The position numbers and the translations under genes were made by a program. Shown one piece after another: positions 28,517-36,549 of a stretch of 64,000 nucleotides of DNA. Source of the stretch: an uncultured Gemmatimonadota bacterium (lineage in GTDB: Bacteria > SM23-81 > DAOVCL01). The stretch is from positions 32,001-96,000 of the forward strand of contig CAZVGK010000001.1 of assembly GCA_964626665.1 (NCBI GenBank), read 5' to 3'. Positions within the stretch are counted from its first letter, which is position 1. Each line of letters opens with the position of its first letter. The notes beneath the pieces were generated by a model, which was not told where the DNA came from, did no database searches, and saw only the letters and a list, made by a program, of their open reading frames with translations.

Positions 28517-29533
28517 TCAAAATTCCTTTCCTCGTAGGCGGCTGATCCTCCGACGGGCGTTTATATGCTCACGATTGGTGCGGGAGAATATGTGGCTGCC
28601 ATCCCCCTGGGCAACAAAGTAGAGGTAATTGGTGGAGGCAGGCCAGAGGGCTGCCTTTATGGACTCCAATCCCGGATTGCAGATAGGGCCAGGGGGGAGA
28701 CCTGGATGGAGATAGGTGTTGTAAGGGGATTTTACCCTAAGGTCCCTTTTTGTGAGAAGGTGGTTGGGGAGGGAAAGGGCATAGAGCACCGTGGGGTCAC
28801 ATTGCAGGGGCATCCTCATCTTCAAGCGGTGGTGAAAGACGGCTGATATTAAAGGCCTCTCCTGAGGGAGTCCGGTTTCCTTCTCGATGAGGGAGGCCAG
28901 AGTTAGAACTTGGTTCAAGCTCAGGCCCAACTCCTCAGCTTTGGCCTTTAGATCGGAGGTGAAAACCTTAAAGAGTCCATCTACCATTAGCTTGGCTATC
29001 TCCTCCTCCTTCATCCCCCAGCAGAGCTTGTAGGTGTTAGGGAAGAGATAACCCTCTAAATTGGAGGTATTAACCCCTAATTTTTGGCAGAAACCCTTAT
29101 CGGTGGCTGTGGCCACAAGCGCGGTGGAGTCAACCTCCAACTTTCTCTGGAGGAGGCCAGCAATTTCCTTGAAGGTGAGGCCCTCGGGTATGGTGACATC
29201 CTCGGTGACTGATTTCCCCTGGCTGAGCAGGTGTAAAATCTGCCAAAGGGAAACCCCAGGCCTAATCCGGTAGCGGCCTGCCTTGAGACCTTTCTCCCAA
29301 CCGCAGACCTTGGCAAAGAAGACGAAGAAATTCTCGTTTCCAATTAAGTCCCTCTTACTGAGGCTATGAGCGATCTCCCTTACATTCATCCCCCTTTTGA
29401 TATATATCTCCCTTGGGGGTTGGTGGGTGTTGGGCACCGGAGGGGCAAAGAGGGCAAATCCCAGAAGGATCACCAAGGTAAAGGCGACAACTATAAGTAA
29501 CTCCCTGAGGAGACTTTTCAGTTGGCTGTTCAT
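28517..29533 (-). CDS. mltG: endolytic transglycosylase MltG
   Basis: LEGYLFPNTY, ASLIEKET, LQCDPTV and SPYNTY...GLPPGPI. Confidence 0.96.
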   Translation of the reverse strand: MNSQLKSLLRELLIVVAFTLVILLGFALFAPPVPNTHQPPREIYIKRGMNVREIAHSLSKRDLIGNENFFVFFAKVCGWEKGLKAGRYRIRPGVSLWQILHLLSQGKSVTEDVTIPEGLTFKEIAGLLQRKLEVDSTALVATATDKGFCQKLGVNTSNLEGYLFPNTYKLCWGMKEEEIAKLMVDGLFKVFTSDLKAKAEELGLSLNQVLTLASLIEKETGLPQERPLISAVFHHRLKMRMPLQCDPTVLYALSLPNHLLTKRDLRVKSPYNTYLHPGLPPGPICNPGLESIKAALWPASTNYLYFVAQGDGSHIFSRTNREHINARRRISRLRGKEF

Positions 29534-29952
29534 CTTTGGCTCTCCAGGTAGGACTGGAGGATGATGGTAGCAGCTAATCTATCCACCTCTCCCTTCCTTC
29601 CCTTTGTTCTTCTCCTCATATCATTTAGGGCCCGCCGAGCGGATATAGTGCTGAGCCTTTCATCCCAGGTCACAATCGGTTTTTTTAGCTTCTCCCGAAG
29701 TTTTTCCGTGAATTTTAAAACCTTTTTGGCAGTTGGCCCTTTGCTCCCATTCATATTCAGGGGAAGACCAACCACTACCTTTGTTATTCCCTTTTGGGTC
29801 ACCATCTCCTCTATTTTGGTGAGGAGTTCTCCCTCATCCTCTGGCTCCAAGGTCTCCATCCCTTGGGCGGTGAGCCCCAGGGGGTCGCTTAAGGCCAAGC
29901 CTACCCTTTTCTCCCCAAAGTCCACAGCCAGTATCCTTTGCTCCCCTTTAAT
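29530..29952 (-). CDS. ruvX: Holliday junction resolvase-like RuvX/YqgF; probable ATT start
   Basis: RILAVDFGEKRVGLALSD, VVGLP and WDERLST; the conserved RILA lies upstream of the only canonical start codon. Confidence 0.93.
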   Translation of the reverse strand: MKGEQRILAVDFGEKRVGLALSDPLGLTAQGMETLEPEDEGELLTKIEEMVTQKGITKVVVGLPLNMNGSKGPTAKKVLKFTEKLREKLKKPIVTWDERLSTISARRALNDMRRRTKGRKGEVDRLAATIILQSYLESQR

Positions 29953-29973
29953 CTCTACACCTCCCTTTGGGGA

Positions 29974-30002
29974 AATATAGCGTCCGCTTGTTTAGAGGTC
30001 AA
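29974..30002 (-). promoter_or_regulatory. sigma70-like promoter of ruvX-mltG
   Basis: TTGACC-17 nt-TATATT on the minus strand. Confidence 0.6.
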
Positions 30003-30021
30003 CCCCTTTATCCTCCTGAGG

Positions 30022-31383
30022 TCAACCCGGGGAATCCGGCTTCTTGGGGCGAATCTCTTCCTCTTTGTGCCTCTTCCAATATTCCATCCTTTTTTTGATC
30101 TCCCTTTCAAAGCCGAAGTCGCTGGGAGTGTAATACTTTCTTCCCTGCAGGTTCTCCGGAAGATAATCCTGGGCTACGAAATGGTCGGGGAAGTTGTGGG
30201 GGAACTTATAGCCCTGACCATAGCCTAAATCTTTCATTAGCCCGGTGGGGGCATTCCTTATGTGAAGGGGAACGGGTAGGGCCTGGGTATTTTGCACATC
30301 CTTTTTAACCCAAGCAAAGGCCCGATCCACGGCATTGGATTTGGGGGCGGTAGCCAGATAGACGGCCGCCTGGGCCAAGGCCAGCTCCCCCTCCGGGGAA
30401 CCGAGGAAGTGGTAGGCCTCCTTGGCCGCCAGGGCTACCTGCAGTGCTTGAGGGTCAGCATTTCCCACATCCTCGGAGGCGAACCTGACCATTCTGCGGG
30501 CGATGTAGAGGGGGTCTTCCCCGGATTCCAGCATCCTGGTCAACCAGTAGAGGGCAGCATCGGGATCTGAGCCGCGCAGGCTTTTGTGCAGAGCGCTGAT
30601 CAGGTTGTAGTGTTCTTCACCTGACTTATCATAGAGGAGAACCCTCTTCTGCAGGGCCTCCTGAGTTAACTTGAGGGTGATCCTCTTCTGACCATCCTTC
30701 TCCGCAGGGGCCGTCGTTAGGGCAAACTCCATTCCGCTGAGGGCTACGCGGGCATCGCCGTTGGCTACTTGGGCGATATAGCTTAGGGCGTCTTTCTCCA
30801 CCTGGGCCCTGTAATTACCCAGTCCCCTTTTCTTGTCCCTCAGGGCTCTCTGGAGGATGAGCAAGATCTCCTCCGGGGATAAGGGGTTGAGGGTATATAC
30901 CTGGCAGCGGGAGAGAAGGGCGGAGATAACCTCAAAGGAGGGATTCTCGGTGGTGGCCCCAATAAGTGTGATGGTTCCCTTCTCCACATAGGGGAGGAAG
31001 GCGTCCTGTTGGGCTTTGTTGAAGCGGTGGATCTCATCGACGAAGAGGATTGTCCTCTTCTGATGGGTTCTCCACTGGTATCTGGCGATCTTGATGACCT
31101 CCCTAATCTCCTTTACCCCGGAGAGGACTGCACTAAAGGAGATAAAGTAGGAATTGGTATATTTGGCTATCAGCCGAGCCAGGGTGGTCTTCCCGCCTCC
31201 TGGTGGCCCCCAGAAGATTAGCGATCCGGTCTCCCCGGATTCGATTGCCCCCCTGAGCGGTTTCCCCTTTTCTAAGAGGTGTTCCTGGCCCACAAACTCA
31301 TCCAGGCTTTGAGGCCTCATCCTTTCGGCTAAGGGGGCGGGCCCTTCCTCCTCCTTTTTCCCGAAGAGATCTATCTCCTCCAT
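30022..31383 (-). CDS. rarA: replication-associated recombination protein A (RarA/MgsA)
   Basis: PLAERMRP, GPPGGGKTT, DEIHRFNKAQQD and ISALHKSLRGSD. Confidence 0.96.
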   Translation of the reverse strand: MEEIDLFGKKEEEGPAPLAERMRPQSLDEFVGQEHLLEKGKPLRGAIESGETGSLIFWGPPGGGKTTLARLIAKYTNSYFISFSAVLSGVKEIREVIKIARYQWRTHQKRTILFVDEIHRFNKAQQDAFLPYVEKGTITLIGATTENPSFEVISALLSRCQVYTLNPLSPEEILLILQRALRDKKRGLGNYRAQVEKDALSYIAQVANGDARVALSGMEFALTTAPAEKDGQKRITLKLTQEALQKRVLLYDKSGEEHYNLISALHKSLRGSDPDAALYWLTRMLESGEDPLYIARRMVRFASEDVGNADPQALQVALAAKEAYHFLGSPEGELALAQAAVYLATAPKSNAVDRAFAWVKKDVQNTQALPVPLHIRNAPTGLMKDLGYGQGYKFPHNFPDHFVAQDYLPENLQGRKYYTPSDFGFEREIKKRMEYWKRHKEEEIRPKKPDSPG

Positions 31384-31426
31384 CTCTCTTTCGACTTGAT
31401 TACCTTGAAAGCATAGGAATTACCAT

Positions 31427-31675
31427 TTTTAGACAGGATAAATGGGATGAACAGGATAAGTAAACCTCCCCACCCACAAGGGGTATCCAAAAGGTCTCCT
31501 CCCCCTTGATGAGGGAGGACTAAGGAGAGTGTGAAAATTATACCCGTTTCCTCCTCCACCTTCACCTACCAGGGGAGAGGAAACTATGAGGAGGGCTATC
31601 ATCCCTATTGAAAGAAGGGGGTATTTTGATAGGTGTTCATAAAAATCCGGTAAACCCTGTTCATCCTGTCAGAAA
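31427..31675. repeat. 9-mer-arm element (GACAGGAT arms) enclosing copy 2 of the ~155-bp element (31495-31644)
   Basis: GACAGGATAAATGGGATGAACAGGAT ... ATCCGGTAAACCCTGTTCATCCTGTC; an empty relative lies at 48995-49060. Confidence 0.7.
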
Positions 31676-31902
31676 AGCTCCGCAGCAGGCGGCTAAGTTC
31701 ACCCCCAAGTTCCCTCTATCTCTGGTAATATAATCAGGAAGGTTGGTTTCGGCAACTATTTTCGAGCCTTGACTGGCATGGCCCAAATTGAGCCCCCCTG
31801 AAGGGTTAAGGAGGTCAAATCTTAAATGGGTAACCAGCATCTGGGTTTAGCTGATATGGCCTTTTCAATTTTTCTCCAACCTATCCCATTAGTAAAAGAT
31901 CG

Positions 31903-32045
31903 TCACGGAATCTCACGGAGAAAAGCAATTAAAAATTGACAATTAAGAATTAAAAATGGGGTTTCCGCTGGTTATCTCTGCTCCCCGATCCCTGTAAACT
32001 GATTACTGATTCCTGTTTTAGTCCGTGTTAATCTGTGGTGAAATT
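31903..32045 (+). repeat. ~140-bp composite 9-mer/7-mer element
   Basis: Inverted homolog at 46150-46277. Confidence 0.7.
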
Positions 32046-32113
32046 TTTGTTGGCTCCATCCTTGAATTCAATTTCTCCCTTGCCATCCGTTATTTTCCCC
32101 CTATATTTGCACT

Positions 32114-32512
32114 ATGTTTTGGAAGATCCTCTTGGCCTTTACAATTATTCCCCTTCTGGAACTGGCTCTTCTTCTAAAGCTTGGGCGCTGGATCGGCGTA
32201 GGGCCAACCATCTCCCTGGTGATCATCACCGCCCTCTTGGGAGCGGCTTTAGCCAAGAGCCAGGGTGTTGGAGTTATCAAGAGGATAAGAGGTCAGCTCT
32301 CCCAGGGGAGCATCCCCACAGAGGGGCTACTGGATGGAGCCTTTGTCCTCTCCGGCGGGCTTCTCCTCTTAACCCCGGGCCTGCTTACCGACCTATTGGG
32401 GTTCGTTTTCTTAATTCCTTTTACCAGATTGCCCATAAAGAAGTGGCTGAGAAAGAAATTGGAGAGGCTCATCCAAAAGAATGCTGTTCACACCAGTTAT
32501 CACATAGACTGA
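32114..32512 (+). CDS. fxsA: FxsA family membrane protein
   Basis: IPLLELALL and GGLLLLTPGLLTDLLG motifs. Confidence 0.93.
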   Translation: MFWKILLAFTIIPLLELALLLKLGRWIGVGPTISLVIITALLGAALAKSQGVGVIKRIRGQLSQGSIPTEGLLDGAFVLSGGLLLLTPGLLTDLLGFVFLIPFTRLPIKKWLRKKLERLIQKNAVHTSYHID

Positions 32513-32533
32513 CTTCCCTCTCAGAAGGTCTCC

Positions 32534-33310
32534 TTAATCCTTTTTAGCCCTGCTTGCTGGGGTCGGTTTCTTATCCCCCTCAATTTGCTGCAACCACTTC
32601 AGAAAATCTTCACTACCAGCGTGCTCTATCAATTCGTGAATAGAAGCCTTCTTCAAAAAATAACGAAAGGCTGCGCTGTGCTTCCTATAACTACCTCTCT
32701 TTGTGGCTTTGACGACCTCCCAAACTTCGGCAGGCCTGAGGGTGTAATCTGGAAACTGACCTGCCGCATATATAGCAAAACCTTCAAAAAACCAAAGAGG
32801 TCCCATTTTCTCTTCATTGCCGTTTAGAATCCTGATATGAAGCCTATGAGCCATTTCATGGGTGATCAGCTTTTCAAAGGATTTATCCTCTATACCTTCT
32901 GGATAAATTCGGCTATAAAGCTCAGGTGATACGGACAGAAACATCCTCTTTTCCAAACAAGCAGAGAATGCCTTGGGAAATTTAGTTGCTGGATTTTCAC
33001 CTGTGATTTTGATAACCGCCTGAATGAATTTGTTTTGCTTAGTATAGATTTCAGCCCGGTCAGCGAAACTCTCCTTCACAAGATTACCCCAGCCATTTTG
33101 TACGGCAAAATTCCGCAAACGCCTTTGCGCTGCCACTAATTCTTTTTCCAACCCATTCCTCTTTGGCTCAAGCGATTTGGGTAAAACAAGAGGGATTCTA
33201 TAAACACCTTCTTCAATCATTTTTAACTTTTCCATTTTGCAATCTTCCCCAATAATTACGAGAACAAATATTGTAGGGATTATCAGATATTTATTCGGCT
33301 TGATTTGCAC
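32534..33310 (-). CDS. hypothetical gluzincin-like metallopeptidase
   Basis: THEMAH plus PLWFFEGFA; start uncertain. Confidence 0.65.
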   Translation of the reverse strand: MQIKPNKYLIIPTIFVLVIIGEDCKMEKLKMIEEGVYRIPLVLPKSLEPKRNGLEKELVAAQRRLRNFAVQNGWGNLVKESFADRAEIYTKQNKFIQAVIKITGENPATKFPKAFSACLEKRMFLSVSPELYSRIYPEGIEDKSFEKLITHEMAHRLHIRILNGNEEKMGPLWFFEGFAIYAAGQFPDYTLRPAEVWEVVKATKRGSYRKHSAAFRYFLKKASIHELIEHAGSEDFLKWLQQIEGDKKPTPASRAKKD

Positions 33311-33350
33311 TTCTATAGTTAATGTCGCCCGTTATCTGCCCTCGCCAACT

Positions 33351-33593
33351 CTATGCCTTCCTATAAGCCTCCAAAAACTCATCTCTTGTAATTCCAGATT
33401 GGGTGCAGATTGTCCTTAATGTAGAGGCTTTTATCTTCGGCTGATTCGGCATAGTTAAAGGAGTTTTACTTCCGTCGGGGTTTTTACGTACCATGGAAAT
33501 GTGCTCTTTCTCCCTTACAGTTTGAAAGCCAAGAATCTCTAATGTCTTTACTACCTTTCGCTTGGGGGCATCAACAGGAAACTTTACCATCAA
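33351..33593 (-). CDS. hicA: HicA-family toxin
   Basis: LGFQTVREKEHISM and TLRTICTQSGITRDEF. Confidence 0.88.
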   Translation of the reverse strand: MMVKFPVDAPKRKVVKTLEILGFQTVREKEHISMVRKNPDGSKTPLTMPNQPKIKASTLRTICTQSGITRDEFLEAYRKA

Positions 33594-33814
33594 ACTTCTA
33601 CTCCTGTTTCAGCAACGAAGACCTCAATAATTCGTGGATCTACCTCTATTACTTCTTTTCCAAAGGTTTCAATATGAAAACGAATTGCTGACTTTACATC
33701 AGAAAGTGCCTCTTCATAGGTATCTCCCTGCCCCACCACAACCCCCTTGAGCCCCAGTGGATACGCTACATAACCATCAGGGTGTTTCTCCACAATGATT
33801 TTAAATTGTCTCAT
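33590..33814 (-). CDS. hicB: HicB-family antitoxin (short form)
   Basis: GYVAY...GQGDTYEEALSDVKSAI. Confidence 0.9.
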   Translation of the reverse strand: MRQFKIIVEKHPDGYVAYPLGLKGVVVGQGDTYEEALSDVKSAIRFHIETFGKEVIEVDPRIIEVFVAETGVEV

Positions 33815-33840
33815 GAAAAATTCCTCCTTTTCAAGTAATG

Positions 33841-33900
33841 GCAGCTAACGGAGCGGCGGGTAGGCGAAGTCTCGGCTTATCGGGATTTGAGCGGAGCGAT
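33841..33900 (-). other. attC-like half site upstream of hicB
   Basis: Minus strand ...GACTTCGCCTACCCGCCGCTCC-GTTAGCTGC; near-complementary GCAGATAAC just after the hicA stop (33331-33339). Confidence 0.45.
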
Positions 33901-33946
33901 AGAATGAATTTTGAAGGTCTGATTATCATATCCCTATTTTTTGTCC

Positions 33947-36085
33947 TCAGTAGGAGATTATCTCCAGGTCGGCATATTTGACCAGGATCTTCTTTAGTCT
34001 GTGACCAGGGAACATAACGGTCAACTTAAGGTTCTCACCTGAGCCTTCGCTCTCCATCACTACCCCTTCCCCCCAGGATGGGTGCCTGACCACGCTTCCC
34101 TTCTTCAAGGGCAGTGGGAAAAGGTCACTTTCCTCCCTGGTGGTTATTCCCCAACTGAAGCCCCTTTTCTCTAAAAGGTCTGCGGGGATCTCCTGCAGGA
34201 AGCGGGAGGGGGGACTGCCGTAGCTTCCCTCGTATCTCCTTCTTCTCTTGGCATAGCTAAGGATGACTTGGTCCTTGGCCCGGGTAAGGCCTACATAGAA
34301 GAGCCTTCTCTCCTCCTCCAGCCTCTCTGGACTACTTAGGGAATGGGTCACGGGAAGGAGCCCCTCCTCCAGCCCACAGATGAAGACCACTGGGAACTCC
34401 AATCCCTTAGCATTGTGCAGAGTCATCAAGGTGACCGCCTGAGATCTCCCGTTCCAACTGTCGATGTCCGTAATCAAGGAGACCTCCTCCAACCAGGCCT
34501 CCAGAGATGGCTTTGGGTTCCTTTCGGCATAGTCCTTGGCGGCGTTGAGAAGTTCCTTAATGTTCTCTGCCCTCCCCTGGGCCTCCAAGGTCCCCTGGGA
34601 CTCCAGCAGGGGAAGATAGCCTGTTTGGTTAATGGTTCTCTCTACCAGTTGGGGTAGAGGGATGGTTTTAGATATAGTCTGCAATTCGATTATCAGCTCC
34701 ACAAACCCCTTTACTACCCTGCGGTAGGAGGTTTGCAGCCCCTGCAGCTCATCAACCCTTTGCATAGCCTCGAAGAAAGGAAGGTTATGATCCCGGGCAT
34801 ACCTGGCGATCTTTAGTCTCGTTCCCTCTCCGATCCCCCTATGGGGGACATTGATTATTCTGAGCAGGCTAACCTCGTCCAGAGGGTTGGCGATAACCCT
34901 CAAATAGGCAAGGATATCCTTTACCTCCTTCCGCTCATAGAACCTTACCCCTCCCACGATGATATAGGGGATAGCCTCCCTTCTGAATTCTTCCTCTAAA
35001 ATCCTGGATTGGGCGTTTGTGCGGTAAAGGATGACGAAACTCCCATATTCCCTCCCTTCTTCCCTGTACAGATCCCCGATAACCTGCAGAATGGAGGCTG
35101 CCTCCTCCCTCTCATCCCCGCAACTAATGAGGGTAATCCTTTCCCCCCCTTCCCTTTCGGTCCAAAGTTCCTTCCCCTTGCGGCCTAAGTTATTTCCCAC
35201 CACAGAGCTTGCTGCCTGAAGGATCATCTGGGTGGAGCGGTAATTTCTCTCCAGCCTGACCACCTTGGCCTGCGGATAGTCCTCCTCAAACTCCAAGATG
35301 TTTCTTATGTCTGCCCCTCTCCATCCATAAATGGACTGATCATCATCCCCCACTACGCAGAGGTTGCCATGAGCTGAGGCTAAAAGGTTGAGCCACCTGT
35401 ATTGGGCGTGGTTGGTATCCTGGTATTCATCCACCAAGATATATCTGAATCTCTCCTGATAGTGGTGCAGGATATCGGGGAATGATGTAAAGAGTTCAAC
35501 GGTTTTCATTATCAGATCGGAGAAGTCCAAGGCACCAAAGTCACGCAGCCTCGTCTGATAATGTTCATAAACCTCAGCAACTACCCTTTCCATATAGTCC
35601 CTGCTCTCCTTTCCATACTCCTCTGCCCCGATGAGGTTATTTTTAGCCCATTCGATCCTGACCCTCACCGCAGATGGGGAGAACCTTAAAGCTGGGAGTT
35701 CCAACTCCTTCATTAGCCCTTTGATCAGGGAGAGTTGGTCATCATCGTCATAGATGGTAAACTGGGGGTTATAGCCCATTAGATCAATGTGCCGCCGCAA
35801 GATCCTGGCACAGGTGGAATGAATAGTGGCTACCCAAGGGCTTATAGCCCCTCGGGGAAGGAGTTGCCCAATCCTCTCCTTCATCTCGCGGGCTGCTTTG
35901 TTGGTGAAGGTAACCGCAAGTATATTTGTGGGATTGACCCCCTTGTGGCCTACAAGGTAGGCTACCCTGTAGGTGAGAACCCTTGTCTTCCCGCTTCCCG
36001 CTCCAGCCAATACCAGAAGGGGCCCTTCGGTATGTTCCAGCGCCTCCCTCTGGGCTGGGTTGAGGTTATCTAAAAGATTCTTCAT
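33947..36085 (-). CDS. pcrA: ATP-dependent DNA helicase PcrA/UvrD
   Basis: AGAGSGKT, VDEYQDTN, VGDDDQSIY, KGLEF and EERRLFYVGLTRA; ATG at 36085 preferred. Confidence 0.96.
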   Translation of the reverse strand: MKNLLDNLNPAQREALEHTEGPLLVLAGAGSGKTRVLTYRVAYLVGHKGVNPTNILAVTFTNKAAREMKERIGQLLPRGAISPWVATIHSTCARILRRHIDLMGYNPQFTIYDDDDQLSLIKGLMKELELPALRFSPSAVRVRIEWAKNNLIGAEEYGKESRDYMERVVAEVYEHYQTRLRDFGALDFSDLIMKTVELFTSFPDILHHYQERFRYILVDEYQDTNHAQYRWLNLLASAHGNLCVVGDDDQSIYGWRGADIRNILEFEEDYPQAKVVRLERNYRSTQMILQAASSVVGNNLGRKGKELWTEREGGERITLISCGDEREEAASILQVIGDLYREEGREYGSFVILYRTNAQSRILEEEFRREAIPYIIVGGVRFYERKEVKDILAYLRVIANPLDEVSLLRIINVPHRGIGEGTRLKIARYARDHNLPFFEAMQRVDELQGLQTSYRRVVKGFVELIIELQTISKTIPLPQLVERTINQTGYLPLLESQGTLEAQGRAENIKELLNAAKDYAERNPKPSLEAWLEEVSLITDIDSWNGRSQAVTLMTLHNAKGLEFPVVFICGLEEGLLPVTHSLSSPERLEEERRLFYVGLTRAKDQVILSYAKRRRRYEGSYGSPPSRFLQEIPADLLEKRGFSWGITTREESDLFPLPLKKGSVVRHPSWGEGVVMESEGSGENLKLTVMFPGHRLKKILVKYADLEIISY

Positions 36086-36171
36086 AGTAGTTTTTGTAAA
36101 GTAGCAAAGCGATCTTCCCCTGTCAAGGTTAAAAGAGCCTATCCCCCTGTTACTGGGAGGACAAAAAGGTT

Positions 36172-36200
36172 TTGACAAGATAGAGATGTTTTCGTATATT
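36172..36200 (+). promoter_or_regulatory. sigma70-like promoter for the 36550 gene
   Basis: TTGACA-17 nt-TATATT; a divergent TTGACA-17 nt-TACTTT for pcrA lies at 36126-36098. Confidence 0.55.
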
Positions 36201-36456
36201 GGATGCGATTAGTTTGCCTTCCTTAGAGGGTTAAATCCTGCTTCTCCTGTAGAAAAAAATGTGGCAGGGAAGGTTTAGTAGAACTAAAGAAGACGCTTGA
36301 TAGCACAATTGCAGGGCCTCAATTTATCGAACCCGCAAAAGGACGGGTCGGATGAATCCGACCCCTTCGGAAAGAGGCTATAGATGCGTAAAAAGGTGAG
36401 TGATAGAGAGGAGAAAAGCTTTGCAGCGGAATCTAACTCGATCTATACTATGAGTT

Positions 36457-36516
36457 GTAGGGACAAGGCTTCAGCCCTGTCCGAAGGGGCGGACAGACAT
36501 AAATGTCTGTCCCTAC
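36457..36516. repeat. GTAG-type REP doublet
   Basis: Same family as 10910-10970. Confidence 0.85.
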
Positions 36517-36549
36517 ACGAAATACAAACCAAAAAATGGAGGTGATGAG

